DNA from: Ancylonema sp.
Taxonomy: Eukaryota
Reading direction: 5' to 3'
Assembly (NCBI GenBank): GCA_050230475.1
Contig: JBFLGF010000190.1
Location: forward strand, 1-64,000
DNA length: 64,000 bases
The notes below the pieces were generated by a model, which saw only the letters and a program-made list of their open reading frames with translations, was not told where the DNA came from and did no database searches. Shown here in pieces: positions 25,331 through 43,600 of the stretch (the first letter of the stretch is position 1; each line of letters opens with the position of its first letter). Made by a program: the position numbers and the translations under genes.

Positions 25331-25878
25331 AACTTAAACCAGTCTTAATTGATTTTGTCGGGACCGGAAAATACCAGTGATTAAGACACGTTATTATCTA
25401 AGACGGGATCGGTTCCAAATACCTTGAAACTAGTTTCCATGTGAGTAGGAGGAGCAACAGGTTGCAATCTAGGTCGGAATCAACCCAAACGTGTACTTTA
25501 CATAGTCATAATCATAATCATAATGATATAAACGTGGCTGAAAACAAAAGTCAACTCTACAAATTTGTAACCCGCATTTCTCTAGTGAAAACATAAATTT
25601 TTTATTTATAGATTTTTATTTCGAGTTTTATTTTCGTTCCCCCACCCCCCCCTCCCGCCCTCTACCACATTCAACCCCTAACCCGTACACATTTTATTAC
25701 CTTTTAAAGGTTTGTGAATAATCACAACTCGCCCAAGTTCGGGACCGGGGAAAAGTAAAAATTATTTTGATAAGTTATTAATTAAGACAGATGGGGCAGA
25801 TGGGGCTCCCTTCGTGCTTTAATAAAACGCCTCTCTCTTGTTAAGACAGTAATTATCAAGACAAGTTTTATCGTACCC
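25325..25878. mobile_element. Probable MITE with TTAAGAC and CGGGACCGG repeated motifs
   Basis: Imperfect inverted ends (GATAAACTT..GTCTT versus AAGACAAGTTTTATC) and an AT-rich non-coding interior. Confidence 0.45.
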
Positions 25879-26019
25879 CTCATGATAATTTTAGGCTTTC
25901 ATAAGCCCCACCGGTCTGTTTAGGGCTTAACAATCCAGCCATTCAATTGCCAACCTTCTTTGGGAGGATGCACCCGGACGTAAAGGATCGGACCAATAGG
26001 AGCACGCCCGTCAAAATCT

Positions 26020-26380
26020 CCGCCGAGCGGCGCCTGCGGGCGAACTCGCCCACAAGCGAAACGCGGGCGGGAATATCCCGCCCGCGTGCGAATATATAGA
26101 GTTTTTTTAGGGTTCTGGTGTTTTCAGTTTGTAAAACTCCACACTGATCGAAATAAAAAAAAGAAAAATGCTAATATCAACTACATAATCTCATCTACAT
26201 GTTTTTTTTTTTTTTTTAAGATTTTCATAAAACGCCTAGACTTTATGCCTCTTTGAACTTGCTTTCTTGAAATCCCGAAATTCAGCGCGCCCGGGACGGG
26301 CGGCTGGGCGGCGCCCGCGGGCGGTTTCGCCCGCGGGCGGAGATGGGCGAAAATATCCCCGCCCGCGGGCGGGTATATCT
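26020..26380. repeat. Pair of GC-rich imperfect direct repeats rich in GCCCGC/GCGGGC upstream of MDAR
   Basis: 26020-26097 and 26300-26380 share GCGGCGCC.GCGGGCG...TCGCCC...AATATCCC(C)GCCCGCG.GCG..TATAT. Confidence 0.7.
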
Positions 26381-26558
26381 ATGAATGGGAGTCCATGAAT
26401 GACGAGTCAGACAGATTGCCACGACAGCTCGGGAAACCTCGCGATATCATAAGGCGGACACTCACAGTCTCCAAAAATCACTCTCGAAAGCAACTTCGCA
26501 CTGAATTCAGCTCAGCGGGGCTTTGACAACCGAGATATTTCTTTGCCCAGTAGACATT

Positions 26559-28829
<2,271 letters not shown>

Positions 28830-31474
28830 GGGGAGGGAGGTGTAAGGGTATGGGAAGTGGGGTGATTGGAAGGAACGGAATCAGTTTTTATTGTGCTTCG
28901 ATCATTGCGTGGCGACTCGTTTGTATCAACAAGTTCAAGTTCGTAGTATCGAACCCTACGCTTTATGACAGTTAAATGTCACAATCATAGCTGGTATCAA
29001 TCCGTTCGGGGTATCTCCGAATCCGAGCCAATCCGAATGAAATATGAAAGATGGTGGAGAATGGCACAAGTATGTTCACAAGTCTATGGTCGTGCGATAT
29101 CCTATATCTTACATTGTGCAACAGGTTGTCTCTTGAAGTTGAAGTCATCTAAAATGTGTTCAACTTTCCTCCCTTCCGAGTAGAGCGGAAGAGGCAACGA
29201 CGCCTCTTTCCCATGTTCCAGATAGTGTTCGACATTGGGTGATGAGACAAATAGTCTCCCCAAATCTATACCACCACCGACCATTGTAAACGGCAAAGTC
29301 ATACAAAACAATCGATTCCGCCCTCTTGGATAGCTCTACCGTAGGATGTATGTTCACCTTCACCCCCATCGCGTGCGCTTCTCCTAGCGTCCCTTGTAGC
29401 AATAATGGATGGCGTTGGTTGAGGCTATAGCCCCTTCCTCCTCGATGCCGGCATTTAATCCCCCCAACCTCTAGTCTGAGAGTGGGGTTTTGGTGTGTCG
29501 CATACCGGGGTTGTTGTTGCACTTCGCGCTACGCCATCATCCCTCACTTGCCAAGAGAGGGGCAGACTTTAATATGGGCGCGCAGTCGGTGCAATGGCTA
29601 ACACTAGACGGAGTGCGGCAACGATTGAAAGTTTGTGCTATATGGCATTGTCGATGCTGACTACAAATTCTATGCGTCGTCATGCAATAGCTCACAGCGT
29701 GTGTGCGTTCGGGTGAAACATATTGCGCAAATACACAGCTAGCTTTGCACAACACAATTACCGCTCTGGCCACACATGATGACCCTCGTATAATTATGAG
29801 AAGAATGGGTCTGGTCAAATTAAATACACCATAGAGGGGCCATTCTATAATGTGGGTCACTAGATAACAAATATAATTCAGGAGATTGGGAACATTACTA
29901 TTGGATAGCGGGTGGGTCAATTGGTGGGTCATTAGCTACTATTAATTGATATTTTTAAACCCGGGTCATTATGCGTGGCCAGTACGGTACCCATGATTCA
30001 CGATTCACAATTCACAACTACAATGATGTCTTGAAGCTACATGCGTAACGTTGCAATGATCAACGGCCAATTAACTCCGTCAAAGTTCATATTATTATGC
30101 GGTTGAGCGTAATAATATCTCGTGATGAAACTCTTTGTATTTGAAGTACTCGCGCTCCCACATGATTCATACTCAGATGTAAATACGTTGGCGTTTCGTA
30201 ATACTACGGATGGGTTTATAGGCTTACACTGGAGATGGCCTTTCGTACCCCCCATGCCTTGAAGAGAGGCTTGTAAAGTTTGAACATGGATATCTATTCA
30301 CATGATTTATTCACGCATAGATCGCTCCAAAATAAAACATAAATACTCGACTCCATGCGGGGCTATGGCGCATCAGTGGAGAGGCGCACATATGCAAAAC
30401 CACAACAATTGGCGAAGGCCGGGAAAAACACCGAACTTGGGATACAATACTTTGTTCACTGCGGCATTCGAACCTCGGTAACCTAGTGCTTCACAACGAT
30501 ATGCTAGACTAGTAATTTACAAATTACAAGGTGGATGTTGAGAATTACCTCTCGTACTTGCCAAAGATGACGAATTAAAATCAATTCCGAAAAGAGTCCG
30601 ATCATCATTTTTAATATTGTTGGTCGCTTGGATCGCTTGAGACATATCGTGACAAGAAAAACGCGCATCCTGCCATCTTGCCATCCTATCATGCTACCGT
30701 CCCGTCATCATCATGTCGATCATGAAGAACTGGGTCATTCGAAAAGAAAAAGACAATGGAATGCATGGGTCATTCGGTGAATCATTTATTTTTATTTTAT
30801 AATTGGAATTCGCTTGATCGGTGTCTCGAACGGGTACAATTTATTTTAAGTCAAAAACTTGTTTTGATATTCATTACAGAACAGTGCCCCCCGACTATGT
30901 CAAGTTCTTCCGCATTTTTTCCACATGTGCAGAACGAACTCGTGTACGAGACCCTATTGTAACTATCTCTAGAAGTTAACCTCTCAATACTCAATATTAC
31001 TTTGTCAATGTGCCCGTCGCAAAGATACACTCACTGGCTTTTGATGGTGGTCGTATTACGACCCACCGCCTTAGAGTCGCATGACTCTAGTGCAAAGCTA
31101 CTTGTAAGGTTTTTTCAATGCACATGAAAATGAAGGCGCAGGACGACTGTTGACGTCTTTTTATTATCACTTGTTTCTACATTGAGAAACGTAAGGACCT
31201 GCTCACTGGTAATCTAAATTTCCCTTCGTAGGTACAAAAAAAAAGGGGGGGGGTTGACCTTGGTTGCACACAACTAAATATTTTATGCTCACTTGGAACA
31301 TTCCCCCGCACACAAAATGTTAATTGCCTTCTTCAACCGTGGAGGTCTTCTCCACATGATTATCTCCGCACGATTTACGATGCGTCCTCCCTCTCCCCAC
31401 TTTGAACTAGTGGGTGTCCTGATGCAAGGTTGATTTGGTGCTATGAGGCTCTTGACCACCGCCACATGCCTCCC

Positions 31475-32402
31475 CTAGGATGTAGTTGGGGGAAGATTCG
31501 AGTCTAGACTTGGTCTCTCACAAGCAAGGTGTGTGAGCTCCTTGCTTTTCCTTTTCACCATCCCACTCGCCTCCGCCACACTCTTCACGCGGCAGTGGAG
31601 GGTGGGGCGGAAAATGGAGCCGTAAACCGCCAACTCGACCACATCGAGCTCACCCTCTGCACCCACCCGCATTCAACCAATTAGGCACTGGATGCCACCC
31701 GCAGCTGGGAAGGGAAGGTGGACGGTAAGCATTCGCACGACCTGAGAAGGTGATGTCACACGACAGGTGTCGCAGGCTCTCGCTCCCAAGCTCCTCCTTA
31801 TCGCTTTTCAGGCGGTTCACTCGGGACTGCAATATTTGGCAGTTGTCAATAGATGTGGGGCCTCCTGTTAGGACAGCAGTGGACACGTGGACAGCAGTGG
31901 ACACGTGGATAATTCTTCCCGCGATGACTGACTGATGTCAGCGTTTTTCGTTTGGACAACTGTTCGATGAGAGGTTGATCGATTATACATCCCCGTCCCA
32001 CACTTATCACATCCCAGTTCCGGTCGGACTGGTCGCGAGTTATTCCCATGTATAAGGCCGTTTGTTTTTGAAAACCTTCAGTGGCGACATTGCAAGCCTC
32101 TCCTTGTTGCAGACAGGCCAACTTTCTTTTTCTGCAGACACGTTGAACAGCCGCTTGCCTTTTGAGAAGGGTACGATGTGGTCGTACTCGTAGCAGAGGC
32201 ACCCTTGACAGCCGCTCATCTTCCTACAGACCACATTGCCGGCACCATCCTTCCGCCACCTGTCAGGATGGCGCCCCGCACTTACAGCTGCTTTCCTCCA
32301 GCAAAGGTCGCGCATCTTTTGGTCAAAGATTCGGACCGATTTGGGCTCTGAACGAGGACTAGAAATAGCGACATCGTCAGCTCCAAGGCCATCCGATGCC
32401 AT
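31475..32402 (-). CDS. Plant-type HNH endonuclease-domain protein, 3 exons: 32402-32159, 31864-31742, 31656-31475; 182 aa
   Basis: CWRKA...GRHPDRWRKDGAGNVVC...CQGCLCYEYDHIVPFSKGGPTSIDNCQILQSRVNRLKSDK...ELDVVELAVYG. Intron 1 is GC-AG and intron 2 is GT-AG, with consistent phases. Confidence 0.9.
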
Positions 32403-32598
32403 CGGGGATGACGCAGGATTTGCTCACGGCTCGATCGCTAGGGACTATCTTCACCACCATTCATACTCTAGTGTGCATATTTTTCGCAACATGGCGCTCA
32501 ACTAACTTCAACAATTTTCTTCGCAGCGCTCCGAGTTCCCGCATTCCTTTCAGCAACAGTTACTGGAAGCTGGCTGGGTGGCTGGCAGGCTGGGTGGG

Positions 32599-32800
32599 TA
32601 CAGTGATCCCTCGATATAACGACCCTCTTTATAACGACAACCTTGATATAACGACAGTTTTTTGGAACTTTTTTAAAATCAATATGAAAACGCCCTCGAT
32701 ATAACAATAACGACACTATATAATGACAAATTATTGAAGAATTTTTTTAGTGAATGTCCTTACATTGTGTATATAACGCTATTGCTCGCAGATAACGATG
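32599..32800. mobile_element. One end of a pogo/Tc1-like MITE
   Basis: TA|CAGTGATCCCTCGATATAACGAC followed by several ATAACGAC motifs. Similar motifs occur at ~22205-22235. Confidence 0.55.
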
Positions 32801-33212
32801 TATGGGTACCGATGGATGGTAGCGAAATGAGCCGATGGATGGTGGCGAAATGAGCCGATGGTTGATAGCTTGGTTGTGTGGTGGGCTCATGAAAGGTGCA
32901 AGTACACGAGTTGGAATGGAAGTGACATGAGTATATTCCTATGGACTAGATATAGTGAAAGTCGACTCTCACAACTCTAATCAAGATGTGGGATAACTAG
33001 AACTCGTTATAAGGGTAAACTGAAAAGCTAAGGGCAATCACTCGATATAGGGACAAACTGGAAGATAGGGCCTAACAAAGATCTAACTAATGATGAGGTC
33101 TAATAACCAAAATAGGGTCTACCTACTAGGCAACCGGGATAATAAGCTAAGACCTTGCTAAGGGTAGGAAACACTGTAGGGGAACCCTAGTGACAATAGA
33201 CGGAGTCCTAAT
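32800..33212 (-). repeat. Degenerate LTR-like repeat (family G)
   Basis: Shares AGGGCCTAACAAAG...CTAGGCAA.CGGGA...GCTAAGGGTAGGA.ACACT.TAGGGGAACCCTAGTGACAATAGA with 24940-25088. Confidence 0.7.
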
Positions 33213-33419
33213 AGATGGTGAGGAGGAGTTGACAACCAGAACCAAACTGGCCTTCTGCGTTGGCAGCTCACATAAAACTATATTTTGCATTGAATTTGAA
33301 AAAAAAAAAAAACATAGTCCGTGTACAATTTACGAGCAACATTTATCTCCATGTAAGTTTTTACAAAGTACATTCAAATTTAACAATAATACAATTATAG
33401 TTGTGTTTTTTTGGATGTA

Positions 33420-34400
33420 AAGTTTTATTTTATTCGTGACAATTTGACGAAGAACGTGTTTTTGCATTATTGTTTTTACGTATGACGCAATTTTTTTTTA
33501 GTTTTTCGTAGAAGAAAAACAACATTCGAGTCAATTCACGAATAAAAGTCGCGGATACGCGATATATAATAGAATCTTTGTTTTCCTTTTTTTGACTTAA
33601 AAAAAAGAGCAAAAAAAAACAAAAAAATAAAAAAAAGTTTTAATAATAAAATCGACAAAATAAGTTTTTTTTATCTTGGGTGTAATATTTTTAATAAATT
33701 CTTAAATATTTGACAAACAATTATCGTTTTTGATATATGTATTTACATTTGTTTAGCTTTGAATTGTGTTTCTTATTAATAAAAAATTAAAAAAATAATA
33801 TTGTCTGTTTTTTAATGTAATGTTCTAACCACAAAATGAAAGTTTGACGAAAAAATCGCCTTTGTATGATTATTTTCACGTATGATGCATATTTTAAATA
33901 GTTATTTTTTGAAAAGAAAACAAATTTCGTGATTATTAACGAATATAAGCCAAAAAAAAAAATTTTTAATTTAATTATCAAGTTGCAAAAAAAAAAAATA
34001 AAAAAAAAATTGGGTGTCACATTTTCATAGAATATTTCCGTGAATATTCTACGAAAAATTATCGTTTTTTATATATGTATTGATATTTGTTATAATTTGA
34101 TTTTTTTTTTTTTTTTTCAAAATTAAAAAAACAAACGTTTTTGTATAAAACACGAATAGACGTCATGTTCATGTAAGTTTGACGAACTGATTGATTTTTT
34201 ATGTTCTTGGATGTAATGTTTTAACCAAAACGTGAAATTTTGACAAGGAATTTGCCTTCGCATTATTATTTTTACGTATGACGCATATTTTTTGTAGTTT
34301 TTCACTTTAAAAAAAAACAAATTTCGTGATGAATTCACGAATAAAAGCCGTGTTCACGTAAGGTTTGATATTTAATGAATCGTTGTTTTTTTCTTTCTTT
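33420..34400. repeat. Three diverged ~400-bp AT-rich tandem units
   Basis: Recurring TTTGAC.A...ACGTATGA.GCA...CAA.(A/T)TTCG.G...ACGAATA.AAG at ~33440, ~33845 and ~34240. Confidence 0.7.
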
Positions 34401-34487
34401 CAACTTCAAGAGAGAAAAAATAAATAACGTGAGTAGATTACGAATGTTGATAGTTTCAATGATAGTTTTTTTAAAAAAAATCATAAA

Positions 34488-34524
<37 letters not shown>

Positions 34525-35199
34525 GAGTATTTTGAATATAAAGACATTAAACTTTTGATTTATTTTATTCGTAAAATAGACCACGAATTAAAAAAATTGA
34601 TGACGGTTCTCAATAGCACCGTTATTTTAAATACAAATTATAAAATAGGTATTAAACATTAGAAAATGAACATTGATTCATATATGAAAACATGCATTAA
34701 TCGCATTGAAAATTTTCTCATTGAATAAAGTGAATATTTTTTGGTCATTTGATTTGGATATTATGAAAAAAAATGTTTTGAAATATAAAAACATAGTTTC
34801 ATCTCGATTTAATTTCGAATTGTGTGATAAAAACTTCTAACGAAAATGGGTGAGGGGGGAAAAAAAGCGGTTTAACAATGAAATGGTTATCCGCTCAAAA
34901 CATTTGTAAGTTAATGAGAATATATGAATTATATATCGAAGATCTTCATTATTTGTGATATTAATATATTAGCTATAATTATAAATGATTATAATATAGC
35001 ACGAATAATATAAAATTTTATTTTCGGTTACTTTGCATACATAGAAATAGCAAAAGCTAAACGTGTCAGAAAAAAAAAAAAAAAACCTAAATTTTGGAAC
35101 CTTTATAAAATGCGTCTCTCTTTCTGAATCCCACCATTTATTTATTTTTTTGGAAGATAACTTTTTAACAAAAAACAATAAAAATTTTGATTTTCTCAA

Positions 35200-37400
<2,201 letters not shown>

Positions 37401-37499
37401 TTTTGGTATTTTTTTTTGCGTATTAAAAAAAGTTTTTCGTATTTCGTATTTACGTATATGCGTCCTAGTAATGTTCATAAATTTACTTTGTTTTGCGTC

Positions 37500-37636
37500 A
37501 CACACACAAATGCATATCAACCCGACATGCTTGAAGTGTTTTTTACGTACCTGAGCCACGAAGAAGGCTCAAATAATCATTTTGAAGAGCATGTTCTTCA
37601 ACTGAGCTCAGATCTTCCCATAGTAGAAATCGCCTC
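37500..37636 (+). repeat. ~135-bp repeat with an inverted copy at ~56790-56930
   Basis: GCATATC.ACCCGACATGCTTGAAGTG.TTTTTACGTA...GAGCCACGAAGAAGGC..AAATAATCATTTTGAAG.GCATGTTCTTCAACTGAGC is present at both loci in opposite orientation. Confidence 0.9.
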
Positions 37637-37646
37637 CGGGGAGAGC

Positions 37647-40600
37647 TGTTAGTTTTTAGGGACTGTGAACTTTTGTTGTTTTATCGATTTGCCACATTTG
37701 TTCCTTTTATTTTGAGTTTTTTTCGTTATGTTGCAAATGCCGGTCGAACTTGCAAGTAGTGATTGTGTTAATAAGTTTCGCCTACTCAGCACAAGTGTCA
37801 ATAAGTTTTAGTTGGTGTGGCATAACACTCTCTTGTAATTGGTGTTGACTAGAGTAGCGTTGATAGTTTGACCCAGACGTTTGATCGACCACACTCAACT
37901 GTACTAAGTGAAGACTTGCACGCAAGATCATGTTAATAAGACTTTCCATCTCAAGCTTACACTTTTGTTGTGTTAATGTTTGTAATTTCGTGATCGATAG
38001 ATTCATGAGTTGATTAAGAGCTGAACATTATTCTTGCATCGATGGCAGAAGAAAATTCTCACAGTGGTATTAGAGCAAGATACTACATCCTGGATGGAGA
38101 CAAAGTATCTTTCTAGGCATGGAGATCTAAGGCATCAGCGATTCTTGACGATGCTGAGTGTCTTGAGATGTGCAAGGGAACAGAGATAGAACTAGAAGAG
38201 GTGTTACCAAACTACGATGAGGAAAAGTGGATGTTAAACAAAGCAAAAGTGGATCAGTACTCATTCGATGTCAAGAGTTTTCGACAAATAACAAAGAAGG
38301 TTGTGATGTTACTCATGTCGTTTGTAATTGAGGACATTGCGACAGTTCTTGAGCATTATGAAAGAAATCCAAAAGCTATGTAGAACTACCTGAAAGAGGA
38401 GTATGACAAAGTGACACCAGAACTTCGACAGCTTGCCAAGCTGAAACTGATTTCTTTTAAAGTGGATGAGAAGATGCCGGTCCGTGATATCAAGGAGTTC
38501 CTGTCCATCCTGCGAGAGTGCACACATAAGAAGTACAAAGTGAGCGATGAAGACCAGGTCATGACGCTGTTCGCTGGGATGTCAAGGACGAAATACGGAG
38601 TGGTGAAGAAGTTGTACTATGGGCAGAAAGAGGCTCCTAAAATTAGCTGGATCTGGGCACAGATGGGGGTGGATGAACTTGATGACAACAAACAGCAAGG
38701 TGTAAGAGATGCTGAAGCGCTGGTGGCTGCAGCTAACTTTGCCAAGTGGTCAGCTCGACAAAATGGCAGAGGCAGAGGTGGAGGCATCGACAGTCGTGGA
38801 AGCAGAGGTGCAGGCAAAGGAAATTTTGGCAGTAATCGAGGCAGCAGAGGAGGACAAGGTGGTCGAGGTGCTAGCAGTAGATCTAGTGGAGGACACGTAT
38901 GCTTTACTTGTGGAGAAAAATGTCACTATAGCCGAGACTATGCAAAGAAAGATGTTGAGTGCAACTACTGTGGAGCGATCGGCCACGTTGCTTCGACAAG
39001 AAGAATGAAGCTCTCTACATGCAGAGAAAGCGGGTGCGCACGGGGATAAAAAAATGATTTTGACGTTGAAGCTGAGATCGAGGACGATGAGAGCCGTGGG
39101 GAAATTTGCGAGGGGAATGTAGTAGATCATGACGATGTAGAAAAATGATTTCTTTTTACGATGGTTCCAACCATCATTCGAGTGGGCAGAAAAGCCATTT
39201 CAATTTTTTTTGAGGATATTCCTCATGAAGTTATTATGCATCATCTTGTTGGCAGCGTTCGTGTGTAGCAATTCGGGACAGTGGAGCTCAACACAGATGG
39301 GGAATGTGGTGGAGTGACTCTCCAAAAATGTTTGTATATTCCTGGCATGCGAGTAAATCTGTTCAGCAGGCGAAAAGCAAGGGACGCAGGTTGGTCGTAT
39401 ACTTGCAGTGGCAAGGCTGGGGGCATAATTTATGTCGTCAACAAATATGGGAGGCAGATCTGCACGCTGCAAGAGTCATCGACTAGTCGAAAATCGCTAA
39501 TCTGCACGCCATTTCGACACCATAAACACATTAAGGGGGACGTTGTTGTAGCTACTCTCGACATCAATCGACTGCACACCCGACTAGGGCATGCGAAGTG
39601 GCTCAGAACCAGAGGGGTCAAACATAAGACAACGCCACCAAATACACCTCAAGGGAATGCGACCACAGAGCGAATGAATCGCACACTGCAAGACAGAGCA
39701 AGATCGATGCTGCAACACATGCAAGTGCCTCGACTTTGGGCTGAAGCACTCCCCTTCGCTTCTTAGCTCCAAAATCGCTGCCAAGTCAGTGGTCTTTCCA
39801 AAACACCGGAGAAGCTTTGGTCTGGAGCTGTCCCAAAAATTGATCATCTTCGTTCGATTGGCTGTAAAGTGTACGTTCGGCTTGAGAAACAGGAGAGGCA
39901 AGGCAAAATAGGAGCTCTGCGTGGATCGGTGTCCTATTTGAATGGAATTCCGAGAGTCCGTGCCATCGAGTGTGGGATCCTGTGTCGAACAAGGTTCACA
40001 ATGTTGGAGTTGCGCATGCTGATTTCGACGAGGAAGTGAAAGCTGGCTGGTGGCGTGCCCTAAATGTAGGGAAGAAAGCAAAGCTGCATGATCCTCAAGA
40101 AGCTTCAAAAATGGGTAGTCTCCAAGAAAATCAGGTCTATCGATTGGTTCCTAGGCCAACTGGGAAGAAAATTGTCAAATCGAAGTGGGTGTTGAGGGTG
40201 AAGAAAAATGCTGACGGGACTGTTGATAAATTTAAAGCCAGGGTAGTTGCAAAGGGTTTCATTCAGGTCGAAGGGGTTGACTATGACCAGACCCTCTCGC
40301 CAACAGTCCGTTTTGAAAGCATTTGGCAGCTTGTGGCCCTAAGGGCGTCAAAGGGGATGCACATGCATCAGATGGACATAACGACAACATTTTTGTATGC
40401 ACCGTTAGAGGAGGAGGTTTACATGGAGGCACCAGATGGCAAGTGTGGTCGAGGAGAAGAGAACTTGGTGTGGTTGCTGCTGCGGTGTCTATATGGCCTG
40501 AAAGAGGCACCTATAGGATGGAACCAACATACAGACGATTCTAGGGATGTTACGTGATCGGTGTGCAAGGCAGTGTGATTCTTTCCGTACAAGGAACTTA

Positions 40601-43600
40601 CGTCTCTCAGAAATGATCAATGACAAAGTGTTGTGTTGGATGAATAATCTTGAATGGTCGGCATCGTGTTGGTATACCACGATGCCTCGTCCACAACGTG
40701 AATCTACAAAGCGTGCCGACGGTCGTGTCTGCGAACCGGGCCTATCATAACTCAACAACAGTCAGATCCTGTCAACGGCACACGCCGGACAGTCTGACAA
40801 AACATAACGTCTAGATTCGGAACCATCTAGACCGCACGTGCTACAAACGGCACAACCGAAACGCGTCATATTCGGGTGCCCGGACATAAGTCCGGCCCCT
40901 CAAATATAAGCACACCCTAGGAAACCCTACCGGTTACATAACCGGCAGTCCGGACTAGCACGCTAGCAAACATGGCTATCGATATAATTCCAACAACCCC
41001 CACGGATGCCATGCCAAGTTTGGCATTAAGTCAGCACCAAAGGACCACCCTCTCAATCGCTAAGTCATGGCAAGACCATTGCATAGCCCATGGAATAGTA
41101 GGGTCTTCTCTAGCATATCAATGTGCTAGAGGCATTTATCAAAAAAATCACAGCCGAAGACGATCGGAAGCCGATCGGAAGCCGATCGGAACTCCAGAAG
41201 TCGCTCCAGATCCTTTCGTTTTTCGGGCAGCCCTGAACATACAAACAAATACCACAAGTTAGGGCAATACAAAAATGACAACAAGTCATGTAGTTTTCTC
41301 CGAATAACTTGAAAATATGCAAAACTTCATTTCTCAGAACTTCACCACTTAAAACTTCATAACTTTCTCAATACATCACCAAATCAACGAACTTTTGACA
41401 CAACATTTGTAATATGAATGACAACACATATGCCAGAATTCATGAACAACTGATAACTCTAGATGCAAGCAGATCTGCAACCTTTTCAGGTGTCCTCGAG
41501 TGTTTTCAGGGCAGAAAAAAAAGAGTAGGGTGACTTAGCTGGATAGACGAGAGCGTTGAGAGCCCTCCACAGGGTGCATTCTGCAAGAAGAATAACAGAA
41601 CATACATCCCCTGCCAAACACAGCATGGCACCCGAAAATCCCCCAGAACCTAATGTGCACCCGCATTTCAGTTAACCCTCCCAAAACCTTAAACTTTCCG
41701 TGTCTGTCAAGTAAGACTTGTGGAAGAGCCTTAGTGAACATATCGGCTGGTTGATTGGCCCTGCCAGATCATATACTTCAGCCTACCAGTTCTGTGGCAC
41801 TCTCTCACCCAGTGGTATACCACATTGAAGTGCTTGGCCTTCTGGCGCTGGACTGGGTTCTGGATCAGAGAGAGTGCAGCAGTTGAGTCACTATACACTG
41901 TAATTTCATTAGGGAGATTGAGCTCATGCAGGAGCGACTTCAGGTAACAGCGTTCCTTAGACACACTACAGGCACCAATATACTCAGCCTCTGCTGTACT
42001 CTGTGCGACTGTAGACTGTTTCTGTGACTTCCGGCTTAAAGCAGTTCCCCCAACAGTAGTGACCCAGCCTGTGACCGACTTCCCAGTCATACTGCAGTTG
42101 TTCCAACTAGCATCACAGTACCCCCTGATCTCTAACTTCCTTTGCCTCACGTAGCATATTCCGTGATCCACTGTACCCTTTAGGTATCTGAACAGTTGGT
42201 GTAAGGATTTGATGTGAGCAGTCCCAGGATTTCCCATGTGTTTTGCCAGTACTCCCAGTGCATGCGCAATTCCGGTCTGGTGTGTTTCATTGCATAAATG
42301 AGTGACCCAATTTTTCCCCGGAATTCAGTTATCTGTTCAGGTGTAGGGGGATAGAGGTTCATCGTCTTGGTGAAATGTCAGTCCAGGTGGTATAAGGGTA
42401 GTTTTGTAGGATTACAGTTTGCCATGCCAAAACGTTCCAGAACCTGTTTTATGAACCCTCCCTGATGCAACGTTAGCACCCCTTGTTGTCTGTCCCTTTT
42501 CACTTCCACCCCCAGGATATGCTAGGGCCCCAAGATCCTTCATTTTGAATTTCCCTTTCCCTGATAGTTCCTGTTTGAATGCCTTAGTGACCATGGTGTT
42601 AGGACCAACTATCACCTGATCATCTACGTGTATTCCCACTATGATCCGTGACTGTCGTGTTCCTCTGGTGTATATGCATGTGTCCATAATACACTGTTTG
42701 AACCCTATACTGAGCATGAAGGTTGTGAACATTTCACCCCAGACCTTGCTACTCTGCGTGCCCCCTCATTCTCAAAACTTTTCCCCTCAGCCCCTCCCTC
42801 AATCTCCATAAATGGTGGAATTTTCATGTATACTTCCTCTGTCAGTCTTCCGTGCAAGAAAGCAGTGACCACATCCATCTGTTCAATTTCCCAACCCTCC
42901 TGATTCGCAATAGCTAGTAGAAGAGAGATAGAGGTACTATCTACTACAGGTGCGAATATTTCATTATAGTCAACTCCTTCTTGTTGTAGAAAACCTTGAG
43001 CGACCAGTCTGACTTTATATCGTTCAAGGGTTCCCGTGGGTGTGTATTTTGTTTTGAATACATTTTTGCACCCCACAGCCCTTTTACCTCGTGGAAGTTC
43101 ACACACCTCGAAGGTGTTGAATTCCCCCAAGCTCTTCAGCTCCTCCTGGATAGGCTAACCACTGATCCCAGTCTGGCCTCGTTCATGGCCTGGTTCAGCG
43201 TCAGAGGGTCGGAGGAGTCAGCAGGACGTGGCAAGCATACAGAATTCCAGGGTTAGAGGGGCCGTTGAAGCCTGTGAAGAAGCATGTTGCCTCCCACTCC
43301 TCGTCCTGAATGGCTGCTGCCAGCGCCTGGTCGTCGAACTCCCTCCTCCCCATCGTTTCAGAGGACATCCCCAAAGTGGGCGAAGTTTGCCCTCCCTCCT
43401 TCTCCCCATCACCCTCTCAGCTATGCTCACAACATTTACCCCTTGCTGCCCCTCCCCTTCACCCCCTCCTTGAACCTCCTCCTCCTCGCCGCCTGCCACT
43501 CCTGCGTTGTTGATCCCTGACTGGCTGTCAGAGAGCTCAACCACAGAGATGGGGACCTCAGCAGCTGGTGGTGGCGGAACCTGTAACACTGGGATCTGGG

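Noticed and set aside
29100..29930. Short minus-strand ORFs between MDAR and HNH
   Set aside because: No recognisable motif or consistent exon structure.
31475..32402. HNH as a mobile homing or Cas-like nuclease
   Set aside because: It is a spliced gene matching a conserved small plant protein family and has no mobile-element termini.
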